Of a DNA stretch of 64,000 bases, positions 41,450 to 50,118 are shown piece after piece; positions within the stretch are counted from its first letter, which is position 1; each line of letters begins with the position of its first letter. A program made the position numbers and the translations under genes. The notes beneath the pieces are model-generated. The model was not told the DNA's origin. It saw nothing but the letters and a program-made list of their open reading frames with translations, and searched no databases. This DNA comes from an uncultured Chloroflexia bacterium (lineage in GTDB: Bacteria; Chloroflexota; Limnocylindria; QHBO01), in contig CAWFCQ010000008.1 in NCBI GenBank assembly GCA_963814375.1, positions 256,001 through 320,000 on the forward strand, given 5' to 3'.

Positions 41450-42567
41450 CCTCGGCCCGCAGCCCGCACCGAGCCTGGGTCGAGATCGATCACGTCGCGA
41501 TTCGAGCCAACCTGCACGCGATCCGCGAGCGAGCACCAGGCAACGAGGTGATCGGGGTCGTCAAGGCCAACGCGTACGGCCACGGCGACGTGGCGGTGGC
41601 TCGAACGCTGCTCGGAGCCGGTGTCGAGCGGCTCGCCGTCGCAACGGTCGACGAGGCCATTCGGCTGCGTGCCGAGGGAATCGCCGCCCCGATCCTGGTC
41701 CTCTGGGCGGTTGGCCCGTCGGAGGCGGCGGCGATCGCCGAGGCAGACCTCGAGCCGGTCGTCACTGACGCGCTCGGCGTCGACCTGCTCGAGGCCGCAG
41801 CGGGGCGGGGCCGAATCCGCGTTCATCTCAAGGTCGATACCGGCCTCGGGCGCCAGGGAGTGGAACCGCAGTCGGCGCTCGAGCTGGCCGCGCGCATCGC
41901 CCGCAGCCCGCGGCTGGCCCTGGCCGGCACGATGAGCCACCTTGCCGTCCCGGGAGAGGACGACGCCTACACCGAGGTCCAGCTGCTGCGCCTGGCCCAG
42001 GTCCTCGACGCGATGCGCTCGGCGGGCATCGATCCCGGGCTCGTCCACGTGAGCGCAACCGGCGGAATCATCGCCGGCAGCGTCGCGTTCTCCGGCGCCA
42101 TCCGACCAGGCCTGTCGCTCTACGGGCTCCTGCCGGCCTGGGCGTCCGCCGACCTGGTGCTGCGTCCCGCGCTTTCGGTGAAGGCGCTGCCGCTCCGCAT
42201 CTTCGACCTCCCCGCGGGCACCCCGATCGGCTACGGCCTGCGCTACCGCGCAGCGCGCGACACGCGTATCGCGACGCTGGGCATCGGCTACGGCGACGGC
42301 TGGCCGAGGTCGCACGCGAACAACGGCTGGGCGCTGGTCGGAGGGCGGCGCGTGCCCATCGTGGGAGCGGTGAGCATGGATGGGCTGACCGTCGAAGTCG
42401 GCGATGTGCCTGGTGTAACCTACGGCGACGAATTCGTGCTCATCGGTGAGCAGGACGGGGTGCGAATCACCGCGGAGGAGGTCGCCGAGGAGCGCCGGAC
42501 GATCAACTACGAGGTCACGACCGCGCTGCGCGGGCGCCTTCCTCGGCTTCACCTCGGAGCGGACTGA
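41446..42567 (+). CDS. alr: Alanine racemase
   Basis: VVKANAYGHG (PLP Lys); HLKVDTG; IGYG; GAVSMD; TINYE. Confidence 0.94.
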   Translation: MTSARSPHRAWVEIDHVAIRANLHAIRERAPGNEVIGVVKANAYGHGDVAVARTLLGAGVERLAVATVDEAIRLRAEGIAAPILVLWAVGPSEAAAIAEADLEPVVTDALGVDLLEAAAGRGRIRVHLKVDTGLGRQGVEPQSALELAARIARSPRLALAGTMSHLAVPGEDDAYTEVQLLRLAQVLDAMRSAGIDPGLVHVSATGGIIAGSVAFSGAIRPGLSLYGLLPAWASADLVLRPALSVKALPLRIFDLPAGTPIGYGLRYRAARDTRIATLGIGYGDGWPRSHANNGWALVGGRRVPIVGAVSMDGLTVEVGDVPGVTYGDEFVLIGEQDGVRITAEEVAEERRTINYEVTTALRGRLPRLHLGAD

Positions 42568-42584
42568 CGGAGCCGCCGGATCGG

Positions 42585-43124
42585 ATGAACGCCATGGCAG
42601 AACCGATCGAGATCGACATCTGGCAGGGGGACATCGCTGAGCTGGAGGTGGATGCGCTGGTCGTCCCGGCAAGCGAGTCGCTGTTCATGACCGCCGGTCC
42701 CGCTGCTGCCGTGAAGCTCCACGGGGGCGACGCGATCGAGCGCGCGGCCGTCGAGCAGGGCCCGATTGCGCCGGGTAACGCCGTCGTCACCCCCGGCGGG
42801 GACCTGCCGGCGCCGTACGTCATCCATGCCGTCGCCGTCGGCCACGATCGAGTTGCCGATCGCGAGGCGCTCGCCGCGGCAGCCCGAGCTGCGATGGCAT
42901 TCGCCCAGCCGCTCCAGCTGCGCCGCATCGCGGTCGCACTCCTCGGGGTCGAGCACGGTGTGTTCTCCCCCGAAGATGCGGCGGCGGTCCTGGTTCCGAC
43001 GCTTCGGTCGGCGGCCGCCACCACGCCGATCGAGTCCATCGTGCTGGCCACCACGCACCCGCCCGAGGCTCACGCCCTTGCGGAAGCGCTGCGGGCGAGC
43101 GATGCCGGGGCGTCCGTGTCGTGA
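42585..43124 (+). CDS. Macro domain protein with degenerate motifs
   Basis: IWQGDIAELEVDALV; AVVTPGGDLPAPYVIHAV; canonical NAAN and GGG absent. Confidence 0.85.
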   Translation: MNAMAEPIEIDIWQGDIAELEVDALVVPASESLFMTAGPAAAVKLHGGDAIERAAVEQGPIAPGNAVVTPGGDLPAPYVIHAVAVGHDRVADREALAAAARAAMAFAQPLQLRRIAVALLGVEHGVFSPEDAAAVLVPTLRSAAATTPIESIVLATTHPPEAHALAEALRASDAGASVS

Positions 43125-43387
43125 CGGAGGGGCCAGCGCGGCGCGTGGCGGACGAGCTCGGCCGCCGCGGCCTCGCCGTTCCCGCTCGCCTCGTCGCCGA
43201 CGCGCACCGCCCTCTCGCGCCGCTCATCGCAGACATCGGAGCCGCGGTTGGCCCGTTGGTCGAGGCTGCGTTCGGCCGCCGCTCGGCTGACCTTCGTGCC
43301 CTGGCCGATGACCCGCACGGCATCGACCGCCTGATCGCCGAGCTCGACAGCGGAGCCACGAGGGAGTCGCGTGCCGAGCCCCGCTGA
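43121..43387 (+). CDS. Small hypothetical protein, 88 aa, first gene of the cassette
   Basis: GTGA overlap with the macro gene and overlap with the next gene; helical, HRPLAPL. Confidence 0.7.
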   Translation: MTEGPARRVADELGRRGLAVPARLVADAHRPLAPLIADIGAAVGPLVEAAFGRRSADLRALADDPHGIDRLIAELDSGATRESRAEPR

Positions 43388-44222
43388 GCTCGTTGCCGGG
43401 CTCGTCAACTTCGTCGGGGACGTTCTCGGCTCCTCCGAGCTGCGGCTCGGGATCGGCCCGACGCTGGTCGTTCTCGGCATCCTGCTCGTCTTCCTCCAGC
43501 TCGTTGCCCGCCCAGTCAGCCGATGGACCACGAGCGACGCGGGCGGCCTCGCGGGCGTCGGGCGTGCCATGGCTCTCGCCGCCGAGTCCGGCACGGACGC
43601 GGTGGTATCGATCGGCGCGGCGGGGATCGCGCGCTCGACCGACGCGCTCGCGCGCCTCCAGACGCTGGCTGCACTCCCGCTGCTTGCGCACGTCGCCCGC
43701 GCCGCCGCCCGGAGCGGCGTGCCGCTGCGGGTGCTCACCAACGACCCGCTGGCCGGCATGGCCGCCAGCGCCACCCTCGACTCGGCGCACGAGACGACGG
43801 CGACGCCCGAGCGAATCAGCCGCTCGCGCATCGTGACCGTGGGTGAGGGACGTCCCGTCGCCGCCGGACTGGTCCTCACGGCCAGCGCGCGACCGGCCGC
43901 AGCCTTTGCCGTTGGCAGCCTGCGTGAGGAGGCGACCATCCACCTCGAAGGGCTCCGTGCCGGCGCCGGCTCGCTCACGTCGGCCACGGCGGAGGGTTCG
44001 CAGGCGGCAGCGCCACTCCTGGCCGGTGGAGGTGCCCTCGTCGGTCCGGAGCTGTTCCAGGCAGCGGCCGACCTGCGCTCGGACGGGATCGAGCGCACCA
44101 CCGTGCTCGCGGCCGATCGCCTCATCTGGGTCGCGGTCGTCGTCATCATCGTCGCCAGCGCGCTCTCAATCGCCGGTGTCATCGCCCCGCAGGACCTGCT
44201 TCTGGGGATCGGAGGGCGGTGA
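43371..44222 (+). CDS. Membrane protein, DUF6754-like (TM, alpha/beta domain, TM)
   Basis: SD GGGAG; N- and C-terminal TM helices; RAMALAAESG and LVGPELFQAAADL resemble DUF6754 from recall, no HMM run. Confidence 0.6.
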   Translation: MPSPAELVAGLVNFVGDVLGSSELRLGIGPTLVVLGILLVFLQLVARPVSRWTTSDAGGLAGVGRAMALAAESGTDAVVSIGAAGIARSTDALARLQTLAALPLLAHVARAAARSGVPLRVLTNDPLAGMAASATLDSAHETTATPERISRSRIVTVGEGRPVAAGLVLTASARPAAAFAVGSLREEATIHLEGLRAGAGSLTSATAEGSQAAAPLLAGGGALVGPELFQAAADLRSDGIERTTVLAADRLIWVAVVVIIVASALSIAGVIAPQDLLLGIGGR

Positions 44223-44836
44223 GGCGGCCGACCATCCCGGCGCTGGTGGTCGTCGTCGGGATCCTCCTCCTCGCGGACCTCCTCGTCGTCAACCAGGCGC
44301 TCGGCGTGGCGGCCGGGATCGCCGTGGATGCCGCCATCCTGGTGGCCGCGGGGGTGGCGCTGGCGGCGGTCGCGTCGCTCGCTATCCGGCGCGCGGGCGA
44401 CCTGTGGCGTCGTCGAGGGGACCCGATCGGCGCCGCCCTCGTCCTGCTCGGGTTGGCCGCGATGCTCGTAGCCGGCCTGCGACCGGGTGCCGGCGGTGCC
44501 GCCGATCCGGCCGTCGGCTGGCTCGTCGCCGCGCTGCTCGTGCCCATCGGCGCGACCCTCTTCGGGCTGCTCTTCATCACCACCCTGGCCGCCGCCCGTC
44601 GCTCGCTCGATCTGGGCGGCACCCAGGCCATCGTCATCGTCGGCGCGGCGGTCGTCATGCTCGTCCTGCTGCTGCCACTCGGAGGCGACATCGGGGCCTG
44701 GCTGGCCGGCGCCGCGGCGATGGCGCTGGATGGCCCGATCGGCGCGGTCTTCAGGGGATTGCTCATCGGGGTCGCCGTCGTGGCGGTGGTCGTCGCTGCT
44801 CGCACGATGCTGGGTGTCGGTCCGGCCGATGAGTGA
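44219..44836 (+). CDS. Polytopic membrane protein, about 6 TM, hypothetical
   Basis: Highly hydrophobic; GATLFGLL; RGLLIGVA...RTMLG; GTGA coupling. Confidence 0.75.
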   Translation: MRRPTIPALVVVVGILLLADLLVVNQALGVAAGIAVDAAILVAAGVALAAVASLAIRRAGDLWRRRGDPIGAALVLLGLAAMLVAGLRPGAGGAADPAVGWLVAALLVPIGATLFGLLFITTLAAARRSLDLGGTQAIVIVGAAVVMLVLLLPLGGDIGAWLAGAAAMALDGPIGAVFRGLLIGVAVVAVVVAARTMLGVGPADE

Positions 44837-45644
44837 TCGTCGCAGCCTCGTCGCGAGGATCGCCCCCGCGGCGCTGATCGTTGCCATGGCCGCGGCGATC
44901 CTGCTCGACGGAGGCGAGATTCCGAGTGCCCCGCCGAGCACCCCGGCCGATCGCATGGCGGGAGTCATGGAGGGCCTGCCCGATGACGCGACCGTGCTCG
45001 TCGGGTTCGACCCGGACGTCGGAACGTACGCCGAGATCCGGCCGACCGTGCGCGCAGTCATCGACGCGCTGCTGGCACGGGAGATGGAGCTCATCTTCGT
45101 GAGCCTGACGCCTGAGGGCAGGGCGCTCGGCCTTGCCGAGATCGCGCGCATCGGGCGTGGCTCGGCCGCCGGCAGCATCGTCGACCTTGGCTTCGTTCCC
45201 GGGGCCGAGGCCGGCCTCATCTCGCTGACGCGGTCGCCGGGAGCGGCCACCGGCCTTCTCGGCCCGCTCCCTGATCAGATCGATCCCGCGCTGCTCGGAC
45301 TGGCGCTCGTCATCGGCGGCAACGACCTCGGCCCGCGCAGCTGGGTCGAGCAGCTCGCGCCGCGCGTCCCCGAGATCGACCTGGCGGCGATCGCGCCGGC
45401 GATCCTGCTCCCCGAGCTTCAGCCGCTGGCCGCCAGCGGTCAGCTCGACGCGCTGGTCGCCACGCCGGGCGACGGTGCCGACCTCCGCGCGCAGCTTCCC
45501 GCTGCGGCGGACGGCGCGGACGCCGGCCCGTCACGGCTGGCGCTGCTGCTCGGGATGCTCGCGGCCATCGGCGTGCTCGCGATATCGGTGCTCGCCCGGG
45601 TGGCCGACAGGATGCGCTCCATGCGGTCGGCCGGCTCGCCGTGA
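44829..45644 (+). CDS. Membrane-anchored hypothetical protein (TM, alpha/beta domain, TM)
   Basis: VLVGFDPD...EIRP; DLGFVPG; RSWVEQ; ELQP...SGQL; overlaps both neighbours. Confidence 0.75.
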   Translation: MSDRRSLVARIAPAALIVAMAAAILLDGGEIPSAPPSTPADRMAGVMEGLPDDATVLVGFDPDVGTYAEIRPTVRAVIDALLAREMELIFVSLTPEGRALGLAEIARIGRGSAAGSIVDLGFVPGAEAGLISLTRSPGAATGLLGPLPDQIDPALLGLALVIGGNDLGPRSWVEQLAPRVPEIDLAAIAPAILLPELQPLAASGQLDALVATPGDGADLRAQLPAAADGADAGPSRLALLLGMLAAIGVLAISVLARVADRMRSMRSAGSP

Positions 45645-46285
45645 GCGGTTTCCTCGGCCCCGAGGCAGCCGACCAGGTCGCGACCTGGGTCGCCGCCATT
45701 GCGACGATCGTGGTCCTGGGAAGCCTCGTCGGTGAGCGACGCGTCTTCGCGTGGTCGCAGCACCTGTTCGCGGGGCTCGCCACCGGCCTCCTCGCCCTGC
45801 TGGTCATCGACGAGGTGATCGTCCCCCGGCTGGTGGATCCGCTGGTGGCCGATGGCGGTGGCGCACCAGGGCTATGGCTCGGGCTCGCGCTCGTCGCCGC
45901 GGCGGCCGCGGCGCCGTGGCTGCCACGGGTCGTCGGGGCCGTGCCCGTGTCGATTGCCATCGGCTCGCTCGCGGCGTTCGTGCTCGGGGGCGCCGTGGTC
46001 GGGCTTCTCCTTCCGCAGCTGGCCGCGGCCGTGCCGAGCCCGGGTGGGAGCGCGAGCGCCACCCTCCTTGGCGCAGGCGGGGCCGCGGTCTCCGCGCTGG
46101 TCCTGGCCGGGTTCGTCCATGCCGGCCCGCGGGGAAGGCTGTGGTCCGGCGCCGCAGGCATCGGCCGCTGGCTTCTTCTCGGCGGGATCGGCGCCTGGCT
46201 CGGCTACCTCCTTCTTTCGCGCCTGGTGCTCCTGGTGGATCGGATCGCGTTTCTCCTCGTCGACTGGCTGGGGATCGGTCGATGA
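45641..46285 (+). CDS. Polytopic membrane protein, about 6 TM, hypothetical
   Basis: QHLFAGLATG; GRWLLLGGIGAWLG...SRLVLL; GTGA and ATGA coupling. Confidence 0.75.
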   Translation: MSGFLGPEAADQVATWVAAIATIVVLGSLVGERRVFAWSQHLFAGLATGLLALLVIDEVIVPRLVDPLVADGGGAPGLWLGLALVAAAAAAPWLPRVVGAVPVSIAIGSLAAFVLGGAVVGLLLPQLAAAVPSPGGSASATLLGAGGAAVSALVLAGFVHAGPRGRLWSGAAGIGRWLLLGGIGAWLGYLLLSRLVLLVDRIAFLLVDWLGIGR

Positions 46286-47910
46286 CCGAGCCGCGCCCAA
46301 CGACCCAGCTTGCGCTGCTCCTCGACGTCGGCTCGGCGTGGGCGAAGGCCTCGATCATCGGGCGGGTCCACGGGCGATGGCGCATCGTGGCCCACGCAGC
46401 GCAGCCGACGGCGTGGGGTGCGACCGAGCTGCGGCGCAGCCTCACCGAGCAGATCGAGCGCTCCGGCGACGCCCGCTTCGAAGGGCGCGCGGAGGAGCTG
46501 ATGCGCACCGCGAACCGGATCGAGTGTCATACCGCGCGACAGGTGGGGCGCCTGGCGGTGGCGGCCGTGTCGCGCGAGCTCTCGGGCAGCAGCGCGAGGC
46601 GTGCGGCCGAGGCCGCGGGCTTCGAGGTGAGTGCCGTGGTCACGCTCGATGACGGACGCTCACTCGCCGAACGGCTCACGCTGCTCCAGGCGACCGAGGT
46701 GGACGCGTGGCTGGTGGCCGGCGGCTTCGACGACGCGTCGAGCCCGCGCGCCCTCGAGGTGGCTGGCCTCGTGGCGGCCGCGCGGAGGCCCGAGTCCGAG
46801 CCGGTCGTGTGGGCCGGATCCGCGGCGCTCAGCGCCCAGGTCAGGTCGCTCTTCGAGCCGGGTGCCGTGACCGCCGTCAGCAACGCACGCCCGGACGCGC
46901 GCCGCGAGGAGTCGGCCGCACTCCGGGACCACCTCCAGCAGCTGCTGCGCGGGATCGTATCGGGTGAGGACGAGGCGCATCTGACCTCCATCACGTTGCC
47001 CCGGGCGGTCGGCGCGCTTGCTGCGGAGGGTGGCCTCCGCGTCATGGCGGTCGATATCGGCGCTCGCGGGGCGATCCGCGTGCTCGCGGAGCCGGACGGC
47101 TCGGCGACGAGCCGCATCCATGCCACGGGCGGCCTGGCCGGTGCGGGCACGCCCGCCGGCGCCGCTGCCCGGGTCTCCCGGCTGGCCGCCGACGCGGGCG
47201 ACGAGGCTGCGGTGGCCGACCTGCTTCAGACGCTCCGAGCGCGGCCCGCAACCCTGCCGAGCGTCCCCGAGGAGCTTGCGGCGATGCAGGCGGCGGCGCG
47301 CCTGCAGATCGGTGCGCTGGTCGAGGACTCGGCGGTCGGGACGATCGACCTCCTCATCGGAGCCGGGCGCACGCTCGCCGCCGCGCCCCACCCGGCGCAG
47401 GCGGCGCGAATGCTGCTCGACGGCGCGCGGCCGATCGGGGTGACGCAGCTCGCCGTAGACTCCGCGGCGGTCCTCGCTCCGCTCGGCTCGCTCGCCGAGG
47501 ACGAGCTGCGCGAAGGCGTGACGCTCCTCGGCGAAGATCTGCTCACGCCGCTGGGCACGGCGATCGTCAGCCGGGGCGGGAGTCCCGGCCGCATGGCGAT
47601 GCGGGTGACCGTCCATCGACCCGGCTGGCCGACGGCCGCCCCGGTCGAGGTGCGCGTCGGTCAGCTCGTTGCCCTGCCGCTCCCACGCGGCGTCGAAGCC
47701 GAGCTCCTGGTCGAGCCCGCCTCCGGCGTCAGCCTGGGTGCCGGACGGCGATCGGCCCGCATCGAGGTCCGCGCCATGGGCGGGGCCGTCGGGATCATGC
47801 TCGACGCCCGTGGCGTCCCGATCGCGCTGCCGCGCCGCAGCGACGACCGCCGCGCCGTCCTCGCCGGGTGGCGCGACTCGCTGCAGCGCGAGTCGGAGCG
47901 CGTGGCATGA
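46282..47910 (+). CDS. GlmL/MutL (glutamate mutase L)-like actin-fold (ASKHA) protein
   Basis: Phosphate-1-like LDVGSAWAKA; LVAGGFD; phosphate-2-like VDIGA; C-terminal GGAVGIMLDARG.PI. Confidence 0.65.
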   Translation: MTEPRPTTQLALLLDVGSAWAKASIIGRVHGRWRIVAHAAQPTAWGATELRRSLTEQIERSGDARFEGRAEELMRTANRIECHTARQVGRLAVAAVSRELSGSSARRAAEAAGFEVSAVVTLDDGRSLAERLTLLQATEVDAWLVAGGFDDASSPRALEVAGLVAAARRPESEPVVWAGSAALSAQVRSLFEPGAVTAVSNARPDARREESAALRDHLQQLLRGIVSGEDEAHLTSITLPRAVGALAAEGGLRVMAVDIGARGAIRVLAEPDGSATSRIHATGGLAGAGTPAGAAARVSRLAADAGDEAAVADLLQTLRARPATLPSVPEELAAMQAAARLQIGALVEDSAVGTIDLLIGAGRTLAAAPHPAQAARMLLDGARPIGVTQLAVDSAAVLAPLGSLAEDELREGVTLLGEDLLTPLGTAIVSRGGSPGRMAMRVTVHRPGWPTAAPVEVRVGQLVALPLPRGVEAELLVEPASGVSLGAGRRSARIEVRAMGGAVGIMLDARGVPIALPRRSDDRRAVLAGWRDSLQRESERVA

Positions 47911-48944
47911 GCGTCATCCATCGCGTCGCGCTGCCCACAGATGCGGTCGCGATCGTCGACGTCGGTCACCAGGTCGAGCCGGCCGAGGTCCTCGCCACTC
48001 GCCGCGCGCCCACCGGCGGCGTGACCCTCCCGATCGCCGCGCGCCTGCGGCGGTCGGCCGATGAAGCCGCGGACCTGCTTGCGGTGCGGCCCGGGACAGC
48101 GCTGGCCGAGGGCGATCGGATCGCCGCCGACGGACGCGGGAGGGAGGTGCTTGCTCCGGAGGCGTGCCTCTTCCTTGCGTACGACCGCGACGACGGGTCC
48201 GCGCTCCTCGCGCCCCTCGGTCCGGCCGAGCCGATCCTCGGCCACGTTCGCGGCGAAGTGGTCTCGGTCTCGACCGAGGCGATCGAGATCCGCGTCGCCG
48301 GTGCGCTGGTCGCTGGAATCGGCGGCAGCGGTGAGGCCGTCCACGGCCAGCTCAAGATGGCCGTCGCCGACCCGACCGAGGAGCTGCGGGCCGCGGCGAT
48401 CGACGTCGGCTCTGCGGGCGTGATCCTGGTCGGCGGTTCCAGGGCATCGGCCGAGACGCTGACACGCGCCCGGGCCATCGGCGTCGCGGGCATCGTGCTG
48501 GGGGGCATTCTCGACAAGGAGCTGCGCGACTTCGAGGCGACCCAGAGCCGTCGACGTGACTCCGGCGCGACGGCGAGTGGCGACGTCGCGATGGTGGTGC
48601 TCGAAGGGTATGGCAAGGTCGGGCTCGACCCCGAGCTCTTCGGTTGGTTCTCGCGGCACGCGGGTCGCACGGCGAGCCTGTTCGGGGATGCGGGACGCCT
48701 GTATGTCTACGACGCCGCGCCGCCACCGCGTCGCCGGTCCCTTCCGCGCTCCGGCGACCGGGTGATCGCGCATCGGCGACCCCACGCCGGCGTGTCCGGG
48801 GTGCTCGTGCGCATCCTCGACGGGCTGCACGCGACCCCCGCGGGCGTCGTCGCGCGGTCGGGCGTCGTCCGTTTCGATGATGGTCGGACGGCCATCATCC
48901 CAATTGCCAATCTCGCCGCGCTCGATCGCCAGATCGGCGACTGA
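47907..48944 (+). CDS. Soluble hypothetical protein with barrel-sandwich-hybrid-like repeats
   Basis: VDVGHQVEPAEVLA and VRPGTALAEGDRIA repeats; GIVLGGI; VVLEGYG; KOW-like C-terminus GDRV...HAGVSG. Confidence 0.7.
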   Translation: MSVIHRVALPTDAVAIVDVGHQVEPAEVLATRRAPTGGVTLPIAARLRRSADEAADLLAVRPGTALAEGDRIAADGRGREVLAPEACLFLAYDRDDGSALLAPLGPAEPILGHVRGEVVSVSTEAIEIRVAGALVAGIGGSGEAVHGQLKMAVADPTEELRAAAIDVGSAGVILVGGSRASAETLTRARAIGVAGIVLGGILDKELRDFEATQSRRRDSGATASGDVAMVVLEGYGKVGLDPELFGWFSRHAGRTASLFGDAGRLYVYDAAPPPRRRSLPRSGDRVIAHRRPHAGVSGVLVRILDGLHATPAGVVARSGVVRFDDGRTAIIPIANLAALDRQIGD

Positions 48945-48956
48945 CAAGCGTCTTCC

Positions 48957-48962
48957 TATACT
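48957..48962 (+). promoter_or_regulatory. -10 box close to tsaE ATG, possible leaderless transcript
   Basis: TATACT ends 8 nt before ATG 48971; no SD visible. Confidence 0.4.
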
Positions 48963-48970
48963 TGCCCGCC

Positions 48971-49486
48971 ATGGACGGAGCGATCGTTCCTCTCGCCGCG
49001 CGCGGCGCGCTGTCGAGCGACGGGCCCGAAGCCACGCGCGCGATCGGGCGCGCGATCGGCGGTGTCGCGGCCGCCGGAACCGTCGTCGCATTGATCGGCG
49101 AGCTCGGCGCCGGCAAGACGCAGCTCGCCAAGGGCATCGCCGAAGGCCTTGGCGTCCGGGGCGTCGTCAACAGCCCGACCTTCATCCTCATGAACGAGCA
49201 CGTTGGCCGCCTGCGCCTCTACCACGTCGACGCCTACCGGCTGGCCGAGCCGGAGGAGGCGATCGCAGCGGGCCTCCTCGACGATCGCCAGTCCGACGGC
49301 GTGGTCGTGATCGAGTGGGCGGATCGGCTCGGTGCCTGGCTGCCACCCGAGCGGCTCGAGATCAGCCTCGAGATCGCGCCGCCCGGGCCGACCGATCGGC
49401 GGTTGCGGTGGGAGGCTCACGGCAAGGACCACGAGCGGATCGCCGTGGACGCCCTCAGCACCGCCGCGTCGGCAGACGCTCGATGA
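48971..49486 (+). CDS. tsaE: t6A biosynthesis ATPase TsaE
   Basis: GELGAGKT; VNSPTF; HVDAYRL; VIEWA. Confidence 0.95.
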   Translation: MDGAIVPLAARGALSSDGPEATRAIGRAIGGVAAAGTVVALIGELGAGKTQLAKGIAEGLGVRGVVNSPTFILMNEHVGRLRLYHVDAYRLAEPEEAIAAGLLDDRQSDGVVVIEWADRLGAWLPPERLEISLEIAPPGPTDRRLRWEAHGKDHERIAVDALSTAASADAR

Positions 49487-50118
49487 TCGTCGCCATCGAC
49501 GGCACCTCGACCGACCTGTCGCTGGCACTCGCCGAGCCCGATGGGCAGGTGATCGACGCCGTGGCCTGGAGCTCGTCGCAGCGCCAATCGGCGGAGCTGC
49601 TGCCTCGGCTGCTCCACCTGGCCGACGAGGCCGGAAGGGAGATCGGCGGCGTCACGGCCGTCGCGGTCGGCACCGGCCCCGGATCGTTCACCGGCCTGCG
49701 GGTGGCGATGTCCCTGGCCAAGGGTCTGGCACTCGGCTACGGGCGGCCGATCGTCGGCATCCCGAGCCTGCCCGCCTGGCTCGCCGCGGAGCCGCAGGCG
49801 CTCGCCGCCCTGGCGCGCGCCGGTGCTCGTGAGGCATATCTACTGCGCCGCGGGGACGAGACGCCGCTCATCGTCGACCGCGACGAGCTCCCCGACCAGG
49901 CTCCGACGGCTCGAGTCGTGGCACCCGCGGAGCTGGCCGATGCCTTCGGGCTCGAGAACGCCGCACGCCCGAACGGGGCCGCGGTGATGGCGCGCATGGC
50001 GGCGGAGCGCCTTTCGACCGATCCCGGCGGCGACGATCTGGCAGCGCTCGAGCCGCTGTACGTCCGCATGCCGCGCGGCGTGGCCGCCGCCTCGGTGGAG
50101 CGAATCCAGTGGCTCTGA
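49483..50118 (+). CDS. tsaB: t6A biosynthesis protein TsaB
   Basis: AIDGTS; GPGSFTGLRV; LEPLYVR. Confidence 0.93.
   Translation: MIVAIDGTSTDLSLALAEPDGQVIDAVAWSSSQRQSAELLPRLLHLADEAGREIGGVTAVAVGTGPGSFTGLRVAMSLAKGLALGYGRPIVGIPSLPAWLAAEPQALAALARAGAREAYLLRRGDETPLIVDRDELPDQAPTARVVAPAELADAFGLENAARPNGAAVMARMAAERLSTDPGGDDLAALEPLYVRMPRGVAAASVERIQWL

Noticed and set aside
45751-46281. N-terminal extension of the GlmL-like ORF (719 aa in the track)
   Set aside because: It overlaps the real membrane gene 45641-46285; ATGA coupling places the start at 46282.
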